A DNA stretch of 61,505 nucleotides, the filler included, from Nemertoderma westbladi (Eukaryota; Animalia; Xenacoelomorpha), in assembly GCA_032718475.1 (NCBI GenBank). It is 3 parts of 3 records of this genome, joined end to end, with 100 filler letters (N's around TTAATTAATTAA, not from the genome) between each part and the next. Parts side by side here need not be neighbours in the genome. Positions count along the whole stretch, not along the records: positions 16,966 to 47,135 come from JAUCBJ010004801.1; 2 more parts are not named here. One strand, given 5' to 3'. Shown in pieces: positions 34,957 to 47,235 of this stretch. A program made the position numbers and the translations under genes. Under the pieces are notes generated by a model. It ran no database searches. It was not told the DNA's origin and saw nothing but the letters and a program-made list of their open reading frames with translations. Each line of letters opens with the position of its first letter. Position 1 is the first letter of the stretch.

Positions 34957-36023
34957 TAGGCTAGTCAGGCTAGTGCTAGGCCAAACATGTGCCGGTAGCA
35001 GAAAGCTGCCTCTCGCCTGGTCAAATATTTTGGCCTCATACAGGGCGGGCAAACTATATGGGCCTACAAAGTGAACCGGTACCGTACTTTCAGTACTGCA
35101 AATCACAAAATTATAGAGCATGCGCTATCCGCACCTAAAGTGTACTTGCGCGTACTAACGAACAGCAATAGCTCACACCTATAGGAGATAAGAGATTGAT
35201 CCGGGGTTTTTCCTGTCTGAATCTGAGATATTTAATCCTAAATTGTACGGCGTCCCAGGACGGGCGTCACGCTTTACCCTGATCTAAGGTCTTACTGCGG
35301 TCAAGGGCGTCAAACAAAGTCTTACCTTCCTCTGAAGTGGGCGCTGTATGGCAAGAGGTCATACTTCGAATGGGCGCGGGCGAAACTAATGTGGGCGCTT
35401 AGTGCGTTGCGGACATCTTTTCCCTGCGTTGCTGAAGGCCTAACAGTTTAGGCAGCCATTCCCCAAGCGTCTGGCTGTCCCAAAGGTAGATACGTTAAAA
35501 ATACATGTTCAAGAGTTTACAGTATATTAACGTAATTACAAAAAATTCAATTTTACTTTACAAATAACAAACTAAACTAAAGCAAGAGAGATAAGTAACA
35601 AGAAGTTTAACTAGTAACAGAGTATACATTAGATGATAAGTGATAACCGAAGGGCAAACCGCCCCTTATATAGCAAATCCTAGGCATGGAATTAACTAGA
35701 ACATTCGACAACATTCCATGGCCGCACATTGGAGCAATAAGTTATTAAATGCCTTATGATTGGCCCAACCCATCGTTCCATGTGTTGTACTGTACGCACC
35801 TCATTGGCTTATCTAATTCAATGAAACCGAAAATTTAATAGCCCAAAAATGCAAATTTCCAGACAGAGATTCGAACCCCTGACATACCTAGAATGTAACC
35901 AACGCCTTAACCCATCTGACCACTGCGCCAATAGAATCACCAGTGAACTTATATCTACTAATAGGCATATTACAATTACTACAAATCAAGGCAAAATACG
36001 TCGGATTTAGATAGTTTTTACGT
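34957..36023 (-). mobile_element. Unclassified about 1.05-kb interspersed element, copy 1 (tRNA-like head plus Pol II promoter motifs)
   Basis: Colinear, in reverse complement, with 54622-56150. It interrupts a (TTGCTCRTTG)-type simple repeat found on both flanks (34865-34955 and 36030-36185). Confidence 0.8.
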
Positions 36024-37799
36024 GGTTTTTGCTCATTGTTGCTCGCTGTTGCTCATTGTCTCTCATTGCTGCTCGTTGCTGCTCAATGTTACTCGTTGTT
36101 GCTCGTTGTTACTCGTTGTTGCTCATTGTTGCTCGTTGTGTTGTTACTCATTGTTGCTTATTGTTGGTCATTGGTGCTCGTTGTGCATTTTAGCACCTAT
36201 CCAATTATGCTCCCTTATCTTGCAATGTCCTGTCCAGGTTATGCAATTAGGAGGTCATAACTGTCATAAGCAGATAAGGGCAGAAGGAGGAATGGCTGGG
36301 CCTGGGAGACAGTTATAAGAGACATTTATATAAGGAATATTTAATTAATGTAATTTAATTTATTTCATATATGAGGAAAAATACGAAAAAATATCCAAAA
36401 ACGCCCAAAAACCCCTTAATAAGAGCCATGTTCCTTAAATAAGAACCCACTTTTGGAGCTTATTTAAGGGTATGTTTCCTACTACACTTTAGTTCCATTT
36501 AATGGGTAAATTATGCCTGCAGAGTTCCTGGTACTTCGACAATTAGATGGATGATACAGTAAAGTGCATATGCATAATATAAAGCATTACCTGATTACGG
36601 TACTTTTTTTTATTAGTGTTATTTATGTGAAAAAATATAAAAACCTCAATAATTATTTTAGTTCACTTTACCCCATCTGCCCTGCCCATGCAGCCATGTA
36701 CCCTACTTACCAGCTTATAACAGTTACAGAGTGCAGCAGTGTAAAAGCCTTTGCTGAATTGCCCCGTTATTTTTATTATCTTTTACATTAAAATACTCTG
36801 TAGTTGATTTAATAAGTGTAAGAGACCGTATTATTGCTGTATCGGTGTTTTTAGAGGATCTAAGACCTATTTCCTCCGTATGTGTACTGTGAAAGGCATA
36901 TTTTATGATTCTATGGCAATTCGTGACGCAAAAGGGTGATAGCTACTCTTGAACAGTAGTTACTATGACTACGGTTAACAGCTGACATTTATACGTGTTG
37001 ATTTCCTTTGTTCTACGGCGTCTCTCAGTTCAGTCAGCCAATTAGAGCGTTTTGTGGCTCCTTGTACAGAAAATTTCCTAGAAATGACGCAATGCCTATG
37101 TGCAGTGTTTACATTCAGTCCTGAGCCAAAGAAAGAACGGCTTGGAAGTATTTTGTGCTTTACTGTTTTTAGTCTTACACTAGTAGGTTTAATTATAAAG
37201 GGCATATATCCTTTAACCTAACGACTACTGCTAACTGATCATACATACTGACTGCTGAAACATTGCAAACTCATAACAATCAGTGTTTTCATTGTTGTTT
37301 TATACTGCTATTTACTGTCAGTTCTTCATAATATGGTTGATGAATTATTATATTTGGAATAACGATAAATAACCCCGAAACCCAATATTCTTGATATACC
37401 GAAGGTAAGAGAGAAAGGTTACCAATAACGATTGTGACTTATGTTAAAGTGGTTTGAAGTGAATCTAATGTTATTTGATAGACCCTACATGAGTCAGCCT
37501 GTGTTCCTTTTATATGTGACTAAAATCAGTGAAGATTGGCAGATTAGTGTGCAGTATTGTGCAGCATTGTGTATGAGTGAGTCTGTTAAAGAAGCAATTC
37601 CTAAAGAATGCGCCATATATGTGAATTATAATTAAGCCATATCGTTGTGAGTAGTTTAAGTCATAACTCTGTTTATATAGATAAAGCGCCACGTCCTAAA
37701 GGAACTGTTAATATTCCCGAAGGTGAATAATATTGTCAGAGATTATATAATACTGTCAGTCGAATAATACATTAGGCTTACATAGCAATAAAATTAAAC

Positions 37800-37870
37800 C
37801 GTCGAACCCAATCTCCCGGGAATCTCCAGCGGGTGAATGGTCGCGCACGGATTGGTTTCGACTAGTGTAG
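37800..37870 (+). promoter_or_regulatory. Candidate prominin promoter
   Basis: CpG-containing patch with CCAAT, TCGCGCA and ATTGG, about 600 bp upstream of the prominin ATG. Confidence 0.3.
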
Positions 37871-38475
37871 TGAATCAAATACTTGTCATAGACTAAAAAC
37901 TGATTTAATATCTAGAAGACATCTTAATTTGGTGGGTTAAACTGCCAAAGGTCTGAAAGCGCGAACAAGCAGTGTTTCGGTACCGGTACCGCTACCGGTC
38001 TGCCAGTACACAGTACCAAGGCCTCCTGGTGCATGGGGCTCCTATGTACTAAAATACTTTTACTACTGCTGTGGGACTGTACTACTCCTACTACTGTACC
38101 GGTACTACTACTACTACTAAACTACTAGACTACTACTACTACCAGACTGCTACTACTTTTCCTACTTTTAGTAGGCCTTGGCCAGTACTGATGTATTTCT
38201 GTATTTACCGATTGCCGATATCCAACATCTGGACATCGTTCCAGTACAGCAGTACCAAGTAACCACATACTGCTGTACTGACATAGGCCGACTCCGGCTG
38301 TCATACCAGCATACCGCACTGCACTACAGCAGTCAGGCAGTAGGCCTATCAGCCTATAGCAGTATAGGGCAGCTGGAATCTGGCAATTAAAATCCAGCAA
38401 TCATTATTTGTGATTTGTCAATGACTTAATGAATAGGCGTAGGCCTAAACAGAGACCAGACGGGACGGGGCAGAT

Positions 38476-38707
38476 ATGTATATTTCGACTGTATTTTACA
38501 CCGCTGTTGTATCAGCCTCGGTTTTGAGTTTGACAAACTGCCAAAAGATGAATGAGATATTGGATAACGGGACTATCGTTTATGATAAGTTGGATTCATC
38601 AATAAATTATGAGAGCGTCGGTATCGAACCCCACATAATCCTCGTTCCTTTCATTGTTGCTTCCAGATTCTTAACTTCATCGTTACATACGCAACCTCTT
38701 CCATACG
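38476..38707 (+). CDS. prom: Prominin (CD133 family), coding exon 1
   Basis: ATG and signal peptide MYISTVFYTAVVSASVLSLTNC, ending ...ASRFLTSSLHTQPLPY. Phase-1 donor G|GTTAGT at 38708. Confidence 0.8.
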
Positions 38708-38749
38708 GTTAGTAATACTGTAATACTGTAGTGAAGTTCCTTACCCTTC

Positions 38750-39500
38750 AACAAAGCCCTCTGAACAACTTCAAATGTTATTTTCAGCATTTATCAGTTT
38801 ATGCTGCATGAAGGACTTTGAACAGTTTTATAACTTTCAACAGCAATTTTCAGCATTTCTCATGTTGCCCGAAGCCATCTGAACAATTTCAACTGTTATT
38901 TTCAGCATTTATCATGCTGCATGAAGAACTCTGAACAGTTTTATCAACTCTTTTCAGTATTTCACATTCTGCATGTTCTGTGCGAAGGCCTGAAAGTTTC
39001 AAAACTTATTTTCAGTCCTTCTCAAGCTGCTCGAAGACCTCCAGACCTCTGAACAGTTTCAACAGCTCTTTTCAGCATTTATCATGCTGCACAAAGCTCT
39101 GACAGTCTGAATAGTTTCATTTCAACATCTTTTTTCAGCGTTTATCATGCTGCACAAAGGTCTCTGAGCAGCTTTGAGAGATCTTTTATGTATTTTTCAA
39201 ACTGTGCGAAGGCCCCTGGCTGCCTGGATTCCTGGCTGCCTGGGCAGTGTTATCAGTTCTTTTCAGTTTTTCTCATGATACATGAAACCCTCTGAACAAT
39301 TTCAACTGCACTTTTCAGCATTTATCATGCTGCACAAAGGACTCTGAACAGTTTTAGTAGCTCTTTTTTAGTATTTAACATGATGTGCTGCACGAAGGCC
39401 TAAATAGTTTCAAAAGCTCTTTTCAGTATTTAAAATGCAGCAAGAATGTCTCTAACTAACTCGTTTTAAAACAGTATTTGTGATGCTACTTGAAGGCCTC
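38750..39500. repeat. Degenerate about 52-bp tandem repeat in prominin intron 1
   Basis: Recurrent CTCTGAACAGTTTCAACAGCTCTTTTCAGCATTTATCATGCTGCAC. Confidence 0.85.
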
Positions 39501-40069
39501 TAAATAGATTTGGTGGGGGTGAAATGAACATAAGAACCCAGCGTTCATGTCAATATTGACATTAGATGATTTAGATGTCAATATTGACATGCAATAAAAC
39601 ATATCATTAAAATTATTACAAACAACAATATACATTGGTTGGATTCAACAATATTTTAATTAAAATAGATATTCTCTTTACAAAAAAACATTTTCTACTT
39701 TTCAAATCACAATATTTAAAAAATTTATGATCAAAACATGTCAATATTGACATCATGTCAATTTTGACATGGAACATGTCAATATTGACAAGTGCCCGAC
39801 TGCCTATTCAGCTATTGTATTGCCTACATCTGTACATGCTGAGGCTGACAGGCAGACAGGGAATTAACGTGTTTGGGGGCCTCCCCTCCACCCACATACT
39901 GACATACAGACATAATACAGTAATGCAGTCAGACTGTAGGCCTAATATAAGGAACACACGACACACGTCAGCACGTCCACGTCATAAACCAATTGAGGGA
40001 AAGGAGCAGGTTACAGACTGACATATGACAGCTTTTCTAACCAAAACAATAAACGGACGCTTTTCCAAT

Positions 40070-41090
40070 TAATAATAAAATAATAATAATAAAATAAATT
40101 TGTATAGCGCCGAATTTACAATAATTAAACAGTACGCTAAGGCGCTTAAGTCACTATCTAGAGATATTGGTACATAGCGATAAAGTACGATAAACGAATA
40201 TAAGAAACTCAATTAATGCACCAAATACAGACAAATTAGTGATAAAGTAAAATATTTTGGATATTAAAACGGACAAGTAAGCGATATGTAAAATATATGA
40301 TAAATATATATCATAAAAAATATGTAAAATATTTAGAGCATTAAAATAAAACCGGCAAATTTTGATAACGTTACACAATTGGGGCATTAAAAACAGGCGG
40401 ATATGTGACACGACAACGATCAGCATAAGTTCAGTGATACAATTACAAATACCTAAATAAATTACTACAAATTGACAATGCAGTTTGTAATTTTATTGCG
40501 TGTCGAAAAGTATCAAAATAGACAAATTCGCGATCGTTGTAATTTTATTGCGTGTCGAAAAGTATCAAAATAGACAAATTCGTGATCAACTAATATAAGC
40601 AAAATAATTAATTCAGTAATTAGGGATTTAAAACGGACAATTAAGTGACAAACGAATATGTAAAATGTTTAGAGCATTAAAATAAAACCGGCAAATTTTG
40701 ATAACAATAATTGGGGCATTAAAAAACAGGCAGATATGTGACACGACAACGATCAACATAAAGTTCAGTAATACAATTACGAATACTTCAATAAATAAAA
40801 CGGTTCAATCAACAGTTCAGTTCAAATTTTCAATATAAGTAAAATTAATTAGAGCTTGTTAAAATACATGGTTAAAAGAAAAAAGTTTGTACGATATACA
40901 ATGCAGTATACATACCAACATTATTAGAGCATTAAAAGACAGTTCAATGAAGCAAATTAGATAATATAATTAAATTAAATACTAGAGGTATTCGAAACTA
41001 ATTATGCGTATGCCATGGAGAAAAGGTATGTTTTGAGTCGTCGCTTGAAGGTCGTTGTATCGGAAATCGAACGGATATCTGTGGGGAGTT
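40070..41090 (-). mobile_element. L2-like LINE 3' fragment
   Basis: Minus strand reads LPTDIRSISDTTTFKRRLKTYLF (about 41020-41090). L2-type end AAGCGCCTTAG...GGCGCTATACAAAT followed by (TTA)n at 40070-40147. Confidence 0.8.
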
Positions 41091-43064
41091 TCAATATCGA
41101 TATCAATTGTGACTGATTGAGGGAAAGGAGCAGGTTACAGAACACTGGACCAGTACTACCAGACTACTGTACAACTACCTACATTGTACAGTACCGGTAC
41201 AGTCTGACAGTACAGGCTGACAGGTGGAGGCCCTGAAACACGTTAGTCCTACCTATGGGCTACGGCTGTACGGTCTGACGGTATTAGTACTGTAGTATTA
41301 TTATTATTTTTAGTAGGCCTACTACAGTTGTACTACTACAGTACTACTTGCTTGCATTACTATTACATTCTAAAGTGTAAAAAACAGTATTACATATTAC
41401 AGTAGGCCTAATCTGGTAATTGTTATAATATTGTTAATAATATTCCTTATTATTGTTAAGGCTTATTTCGCTTACCCGTAATACTGGCTGACTAGTAACT
41501 TATTTTAATCACTTTAGTTCGCCCATGTGAAGAATACATAATTTATCTGTATTAAACAGTTTTTTTATTAATCAATTAATTTTATATCGCCTATTTATAT
41601 CGCCTATTATAACCTCTTCAGATACCTGGATACTAGGCCTATATAATTAGTTTATTGTTGTGGTTAGTTTCAGCCCTTCTGTAACCTAAGTATTTAGTGA
41701 AAACCTGGTATTATTCACATGGGGGTAAACTGCAACTAGTGAAATATAAATAGAAGAAATCTGGTATACCAGTATTTCACAATTACAATTTATTTATTTA
41801 TTTCGTAGGTAATTTTTTTTACTGACCACTCCGGCACATTTATTTCAATAATAAATTTATTATAAAACCCGCCACCAAATGCAACTTGATGTGCTATTTA
41901 TAAATATGATGTATTTCGTAGTTAATACATCAATATTTATAAATAGCACATGAAATATATTTCTACGATACTAATCCTACAACTGTATCCGAGCAATAGC
42001 ATAGCTATTAGCTAGTGTAGCTCGACTGCTTAGCTGCTTGAAGTATTATTGATTATGGGGGGGGGGGGGGGGGGGGGGGGTTGTAGAGTACTCAGGATTC
42101 GATGTAAATTAATTGTGAAGTAATTTGTTAGTTCATTAGCAGTTCCATACCAGTCCGCCACAATACAATACGCTGGTGCTGAATACGCTACAATTCACAC
42201 GATGTGCCGTTCTGAATGAATGAATAATTCGTTTAATTTCCTGTACATAATGGAGGATTGTAAATAGGAAAATTACCGTTAATCACAAACACAGATTACA
42301 TAAAACTTTATAATTACAGAAATAATACGTTAAAATTACTTTAAAAAGTATGATAAAATAACGTATATTTGTCTCAGGTCTCACCAAACAAGATCATGTG
42401 GCTCTTTCCCAATATATTACATTTAATATCTTGCCACTCTTTCCCAGGATTTAGTCTAATCTTACCACAATATATCCCGAACCTGCCCGATCGGGATATT
42501 TACAAAATAGATGCCGTACCGGTACTGGTATTCAGTCTGCAATATCTATTGAACTCATTAACATCACTACACTACAGCACAGCACTATACCAGTGTGCAG
42601 TATGCATGCACACATGCAGTACAGAAACGACTACAGTAACACTTTTTTTTCTAATCTATCCAGCTCTACTCTGATGGGCGTCCTTGTGATGCTGTTTTTA
42701 CCTTTATCTAATCCATGTGTACGACCGTTCTACGGTTACATGCTTCCACTGCAGGCCATTCTATATTTAATATATAACCCAGAACATTTTGTTTATGTAA
42801 TAATGAACAGCTACGTAATAATACCGGTATTTATTTATTCTCGCTACTACAGTACCGGTACTACTACTAACCTGTAATATGTAATTCCTCAATATAATTG
42901 ACTGATTGACTTGAGATTTTATAGGGTTGAAAGTTCCTTGCACGTCGCTCATATTCGCTGGTAGTGTGGGATAGGCTGATAGGCCTATACATACCGCCAT
43001 ACAGTCATACATGCCGTTATACCGGTACATGCTTCATACAGTTGTAAATTCCTTGTTTTTTTAG

Positions 43065-43126
43065 ATTTAATTCGAAGTGCAATCAAAAGCCAGATATCTT
43101 GGGATAATGAAGAAGATAGGAACTAT
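43065..43126 (+). CDS. prom: Prominin, coding exon 2
   Basis: Acceptor TTTTTTTAG| and donor |GTAAGT. Phase 1 in and phase 0 out join exons 1 and 3 in frame: (D)LIRSAIKSQISWDNEEDRNY. Confidence 0.75.
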
Positions 43127-44171
43127 GTAAGTTGAGTACCGGTACCGGTATATGATACCGGTTCCAGTACCGGTACCGTGTTAACGAGTTTGTCTTTAAT
43201 CAATATGTAATATATATTTGGTAAGATTTGGTAAATTTAATTTGACTGTCAATATATACTTCTATTACGGGTGAGCATTACTGGGGACTGGGGTGTGTAT
43301 ATTATTATTATTGTTGTTATTATTGGCATTTATATATTGTATTATTATTTGAAGAACTAAGTACCGGTATGTGATTAGAATTACGGGTTTATCTTTTATT
43401 GGTCATTACATTACAGATAGTGCAGTATTGATTAAGTCATTGCGATTATTGGTTGTATTATTAGTAAACTTCACTATACTAGTTATGATCTTTCCATTAG
43501 CAATATAACTAAGATACAAGTATGTACAATTTTATTGAATATATAGAAAAAACTCTTAATGCTCTAAAAACGGAAGATGTCTCCAAATTAAAAAGTGTGT
43601 CCCCCCCCCCCCCCCCCCCCCCCCCCTTTAATGTGAACATGAAAACTGCATTATATAACTATTTTGTTAATAAATATGTTACATTCTGATTCTCTCATGT
43701 ACAGCAGTAGGCCTACTACAGGTATACCTTTCTATCTATACTCAGAAAATTTTAGTATAAATGAGAAAAACTTGATCGATTGTTATTGGTACCATGTTCA
43801 AATTATTTGGAATTATTTATAAATTTCTGATAAAGCTGCAATGTACGACCATCTTCGAACGCGCGACATCGCAGACGATGTCTTGCGCAGCTTAATTTGT
43901 ATAAATATATCAATTATTTTAGTGTGGATCCAAGGTTTACACTTGATTCAGTATTCATTCACCTTTACTCATGTGTCCTCTTTTTACTCTTTTCAGTTCC
44001 GGGTCTGAAAGATCTTATATAATCCGTAAAGATTCAAATTTAGCAGCTGCACGGATCAGCAGATTAAACCCTGACAATGAAAACTACAGTATGTCGACTT
44101 AGGGACAGTGTTAGTTGACAGGATCTGATCCGCGATTTGCTCTAACCCCGACTTTTGGCTTTTACTTACAG

Positions 44172-44377
44172 ATCGTGCAATATGAGTATAACTACGTGAT
44201 TATATTGGCTGTTACGCTGGCCCTTATTGTGGCCGTTTGGTTGATTGGCATCGCTCTTGCGTGTTGTCGTTGTTTTAACCGGTGCGGAGGCAATCTCATA
44301 CAGAAAGTTGACGAGAAAGACAGCTGCAGTAAGACTGTCTACACGGTCTCTCTATTCGTTATATCGTTCTTCCTGCT
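44172..44377 (+). CDS. prom: Prominin, coding exon 3 (TM1, Cys-rich loop, TM2); the remaining exons were not found
   Basis: Acceptor TTACAG|, then IVQYEYNYVIILAVTLALIVAVWLIGIALACCRCFNRCGGNL, which carries the prominin CCRC...CGG signature. Phase-2 donor |GTAAGT. Confidence 0.9.
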
Positions 44378-44445
44378 GTAAGTAAATTATAAATTAATCA
44401 TCTTATGTCGTATTAATGGTAACAGTTTTGAGGTTACAAAATATA

Positions 44446-44850
44446 TGGATGTCACATTCACAAGAATGCTGCGCCGGGTTAATTGTGTCAAATACAATGA
44501 ACACTGAACAGTACACATATCCCCAATCAGACACTATTACATTGTAAGTCTCTCATTAGCCCCCCCCCCCACCCCCAATCTTGACAGTTGAACGGAGCCG
44601 CCCCCGCTTTGTAGGACATTGCTTTCGCCGTGATGACCAGCCAGTGCACAATCTTATACTTTGGCGGCCCTTTGGAGTGAATCAGCAAGATGGACGGGCC
44701 ATGGCTCTCAATGAGACGCATATAAAAGGACACTACTGGCCTTTTGAAAATGCGGATGATCTTGCAAATGTCATGGGTGATAGGGAGTTGTGGCGGCTCA
44801 GTTTTGTCGACAAGCCGTCACATCGTTCTAATATATGCAGCATGCCCATT
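44446..44850 (+). mobile_element. Degenerate RTE 3' fragment
   Basis: RFVGHCFRRDDQPVHNLILW...ADDLANVMGDRELW; homologous to 19960-20340, with indels. Confidence 0.85.
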
Positions 44851-45069
44851 GCCCATGTTTGAAATGATGTCAATTGGCAATACAATCAGGTCTCTAAATC
44901 AAATGCCAAAATCATATTCAGTAGGAGTAGACCATTTAATACTAAATTATAATTTCACACAATGTGCCCCTGATTACATTATTTTACTACTGAGATATTC
45001 AGCTGTGCATTTTTAACACGATGTAGTTAATTAAAAGACATGAAAATTGAATGTGGCGAGAATATTAGG

Positions 45070-45235
45070 AAAACAGCGGGGCAAGGAAGGACTTTCAGCC
45101 ACAAGAAATAACAAAAAGTGGTGTTATTGCAAACTTATTGATAAAGATAAACATTGTATGCCATTTTTTATGCCATTGTAACACCATTTTTTTTCATTTC
45201 TTGTGGCTGAAAGTCCTTCCTTACACCGCTGTTTT
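45070..45235. mobile_element. MITE or foldback with about 40-bp inverted repeats
   Basis: AAAACAGCGGGGCAAGGAAGGACTTTCAGCCACAAGAAAT pairs with ATTTCTTGTGGCTGAAAGTCCTTCCTTACACCGCTGTTTT. Confidence 0.75.
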
Positions 45236-46477
45236 TCACGCTATAGTTTTTCTTTAGATATAATATAAGTAGCAATGAAAAACTCAGTTTTTTTTATGTA
45301 AAGATTATATTGAAAAAATTTGTCGTTATAATTTCAATTGACGTTTAAATTAAAATCAAATATTTATATCCAAATTGGTACTTGTAGTTAATGTTCAATT
45401 GTTTGGTTGTGAACTTAAAGATTCCGGACAGCCCGTCATATTAGTAGTTGTAGTAAATTTAATATATTCCTGTGATGATTTGGTAAGCTGAATGCACTTT
45501 TACTTACATCATTATAAGCTGCGAGGTATTTTCGAAACAATTATTTCAACACTGTTAACAACATAATGTCACAGAACGCAGCAGAATGTAACAAGCCGGT
45601 TAAAAATTCGGTTAATGAACTGTTGAGCGTGTTTTCCAAATATCCACTGTCTGCCAAACTACCGAACGACGAAAGGAAAACAATCTGTACATCCAGGACA
45701 TTCCCAGAATACAGTCCCGGTATTGGTGGCCAGGATTACCGCTGTCCGGATTCCGATATTCGGGATCCGGATCTTAATTTTGAAATCTTAGTAACGTTTT
45801 CAGTGTAACGGAGATTGTATGAAACGGGCTTTGGGCCGCCTTATATAACTTTATTTCGCACTGCAGAAATATATTAATTATAAAGTTATATTAAAAAATA
45901 CTGGATGGTTTACTGATATATCAATTCGATTTTAATCGATATGTATTGGTATTCTCTTTTGGTGCAACTATTTTTCGGATATTCAGGAAATTTACTTCAC
46001 TATTTAGACTTCGGGGTTGCATTTTCGCCGGAATCCTCGTTTTTCGGGACCGGGATCGGGGATTCGGGACCGGTTTAAAAATTAAATCACACAGAAAAAA
46101 TCGTTGCAAACTGCGATCAGCATATCGGCATATTAATTAAGGAAGTCATTGTCGTTTCCAGCAGGAAAATGACAACTTTTTACCGCTTCTAGTTGAAAAA
46201 ATAATAGTTTCAATGACAAAATTTAGAAAAACTCCTTTGACCTAGGCGGTCAACCAAACGTTCATATCTCCTAACTATAATGTTCCATTAGATGGTGGCC
46301 TTCAGTGCATGTCAGTGCTAATGCTAATGCTAATGCTAATGCTAGGTGTAGTAAATCAAAATAATATATTGGCCTGCAATCTTGGATGCATACCAATCAT
46401 TATCCCCAAACCAAACCTCTGTCACCAATAGGCACTAATAATTGTATTGGGTGGTGGATGGCTGTGTTTGTAGTTTG

Positions 46478-46509
<32 letters not shown>

Positions 46510-47135
46510 ACACCCCAATCTCCCACCTACTCCCGTTTCTGAGTGCTTTCAAACCGAGTAAATTATCGCTTTTTTTCCTGACAAGTTCCAATTCGTATAT
46601 GCCGCGGATCCCTCAAGGTATTCCCCTTCCCTGAGGAATATTAACGCCAGAATTGTCTCCTTCCACCACGACCGTCTCACTGATTTCAGTTATTGCGTTA
46701 TATTCTTGGCCACTATTGTGTTGGTCAGCCTACCCCTACCAATTGCTATTACTAAAATGTCGTCGGTTGTTCCCGTAATTTAACACTGTGCAGTGCACGC
46801 TATCAGAGTTACTTGGTCAGTGAATCTGTTTATTGTCATGGCAGGGGATATCCTTTCTGCCTTGTTAGGGGTTCCTTGACCTACAACACTGACGTACATA
46901 CATACGTTCATAATATTGGTTAGTGAACTCTGATTTGTTAATTCCTTTAAACGGCATTTTGTTTTTTTAGCGTCATGTCACTGCCATGATATCGGGGCTA
47001 ATATTTTTTATAAACAATAATAATAAGTGAATATAGTTGTGGGGTGAGTGACGCGGTGAATTCTCCCACTCCATAGCGAAATTTTCATCCGGCCTGGTAG
47101 CTCAGTGTCAGTATACTCACCCGGCTGATGATAAC

Positions 47136-47235
47136 NNNNNNNNNNNNNNNNNNNNNNNNNNNNNNNNNNNNNNNNNNNNTTAATTAATTAANNNNNNNNN
47201 NNNNNNNNNNNNNNNNNNNNNNNNNNNNNNNNNNN
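47136..47235. other. Artificial contig-joining spacer
   Basis: 44 N + TTAATTAATTAA + 44 N. Confidence 0.97.

Noticed and set aside
44115-44171. N-terminal part of ORF 44115-44381 as coding
   Set aside because: It is intronic. The prominin exon begins after the TTACAG acceptor at 44172, in phase with exon 2.
47040-47135. Hammerhead ribozyme core CTGATGA (Penelope-like)
   Set aside because: The sequence is cut by the gap right after CTGATGATAAC, so stem II and GAAA cannot be verified.
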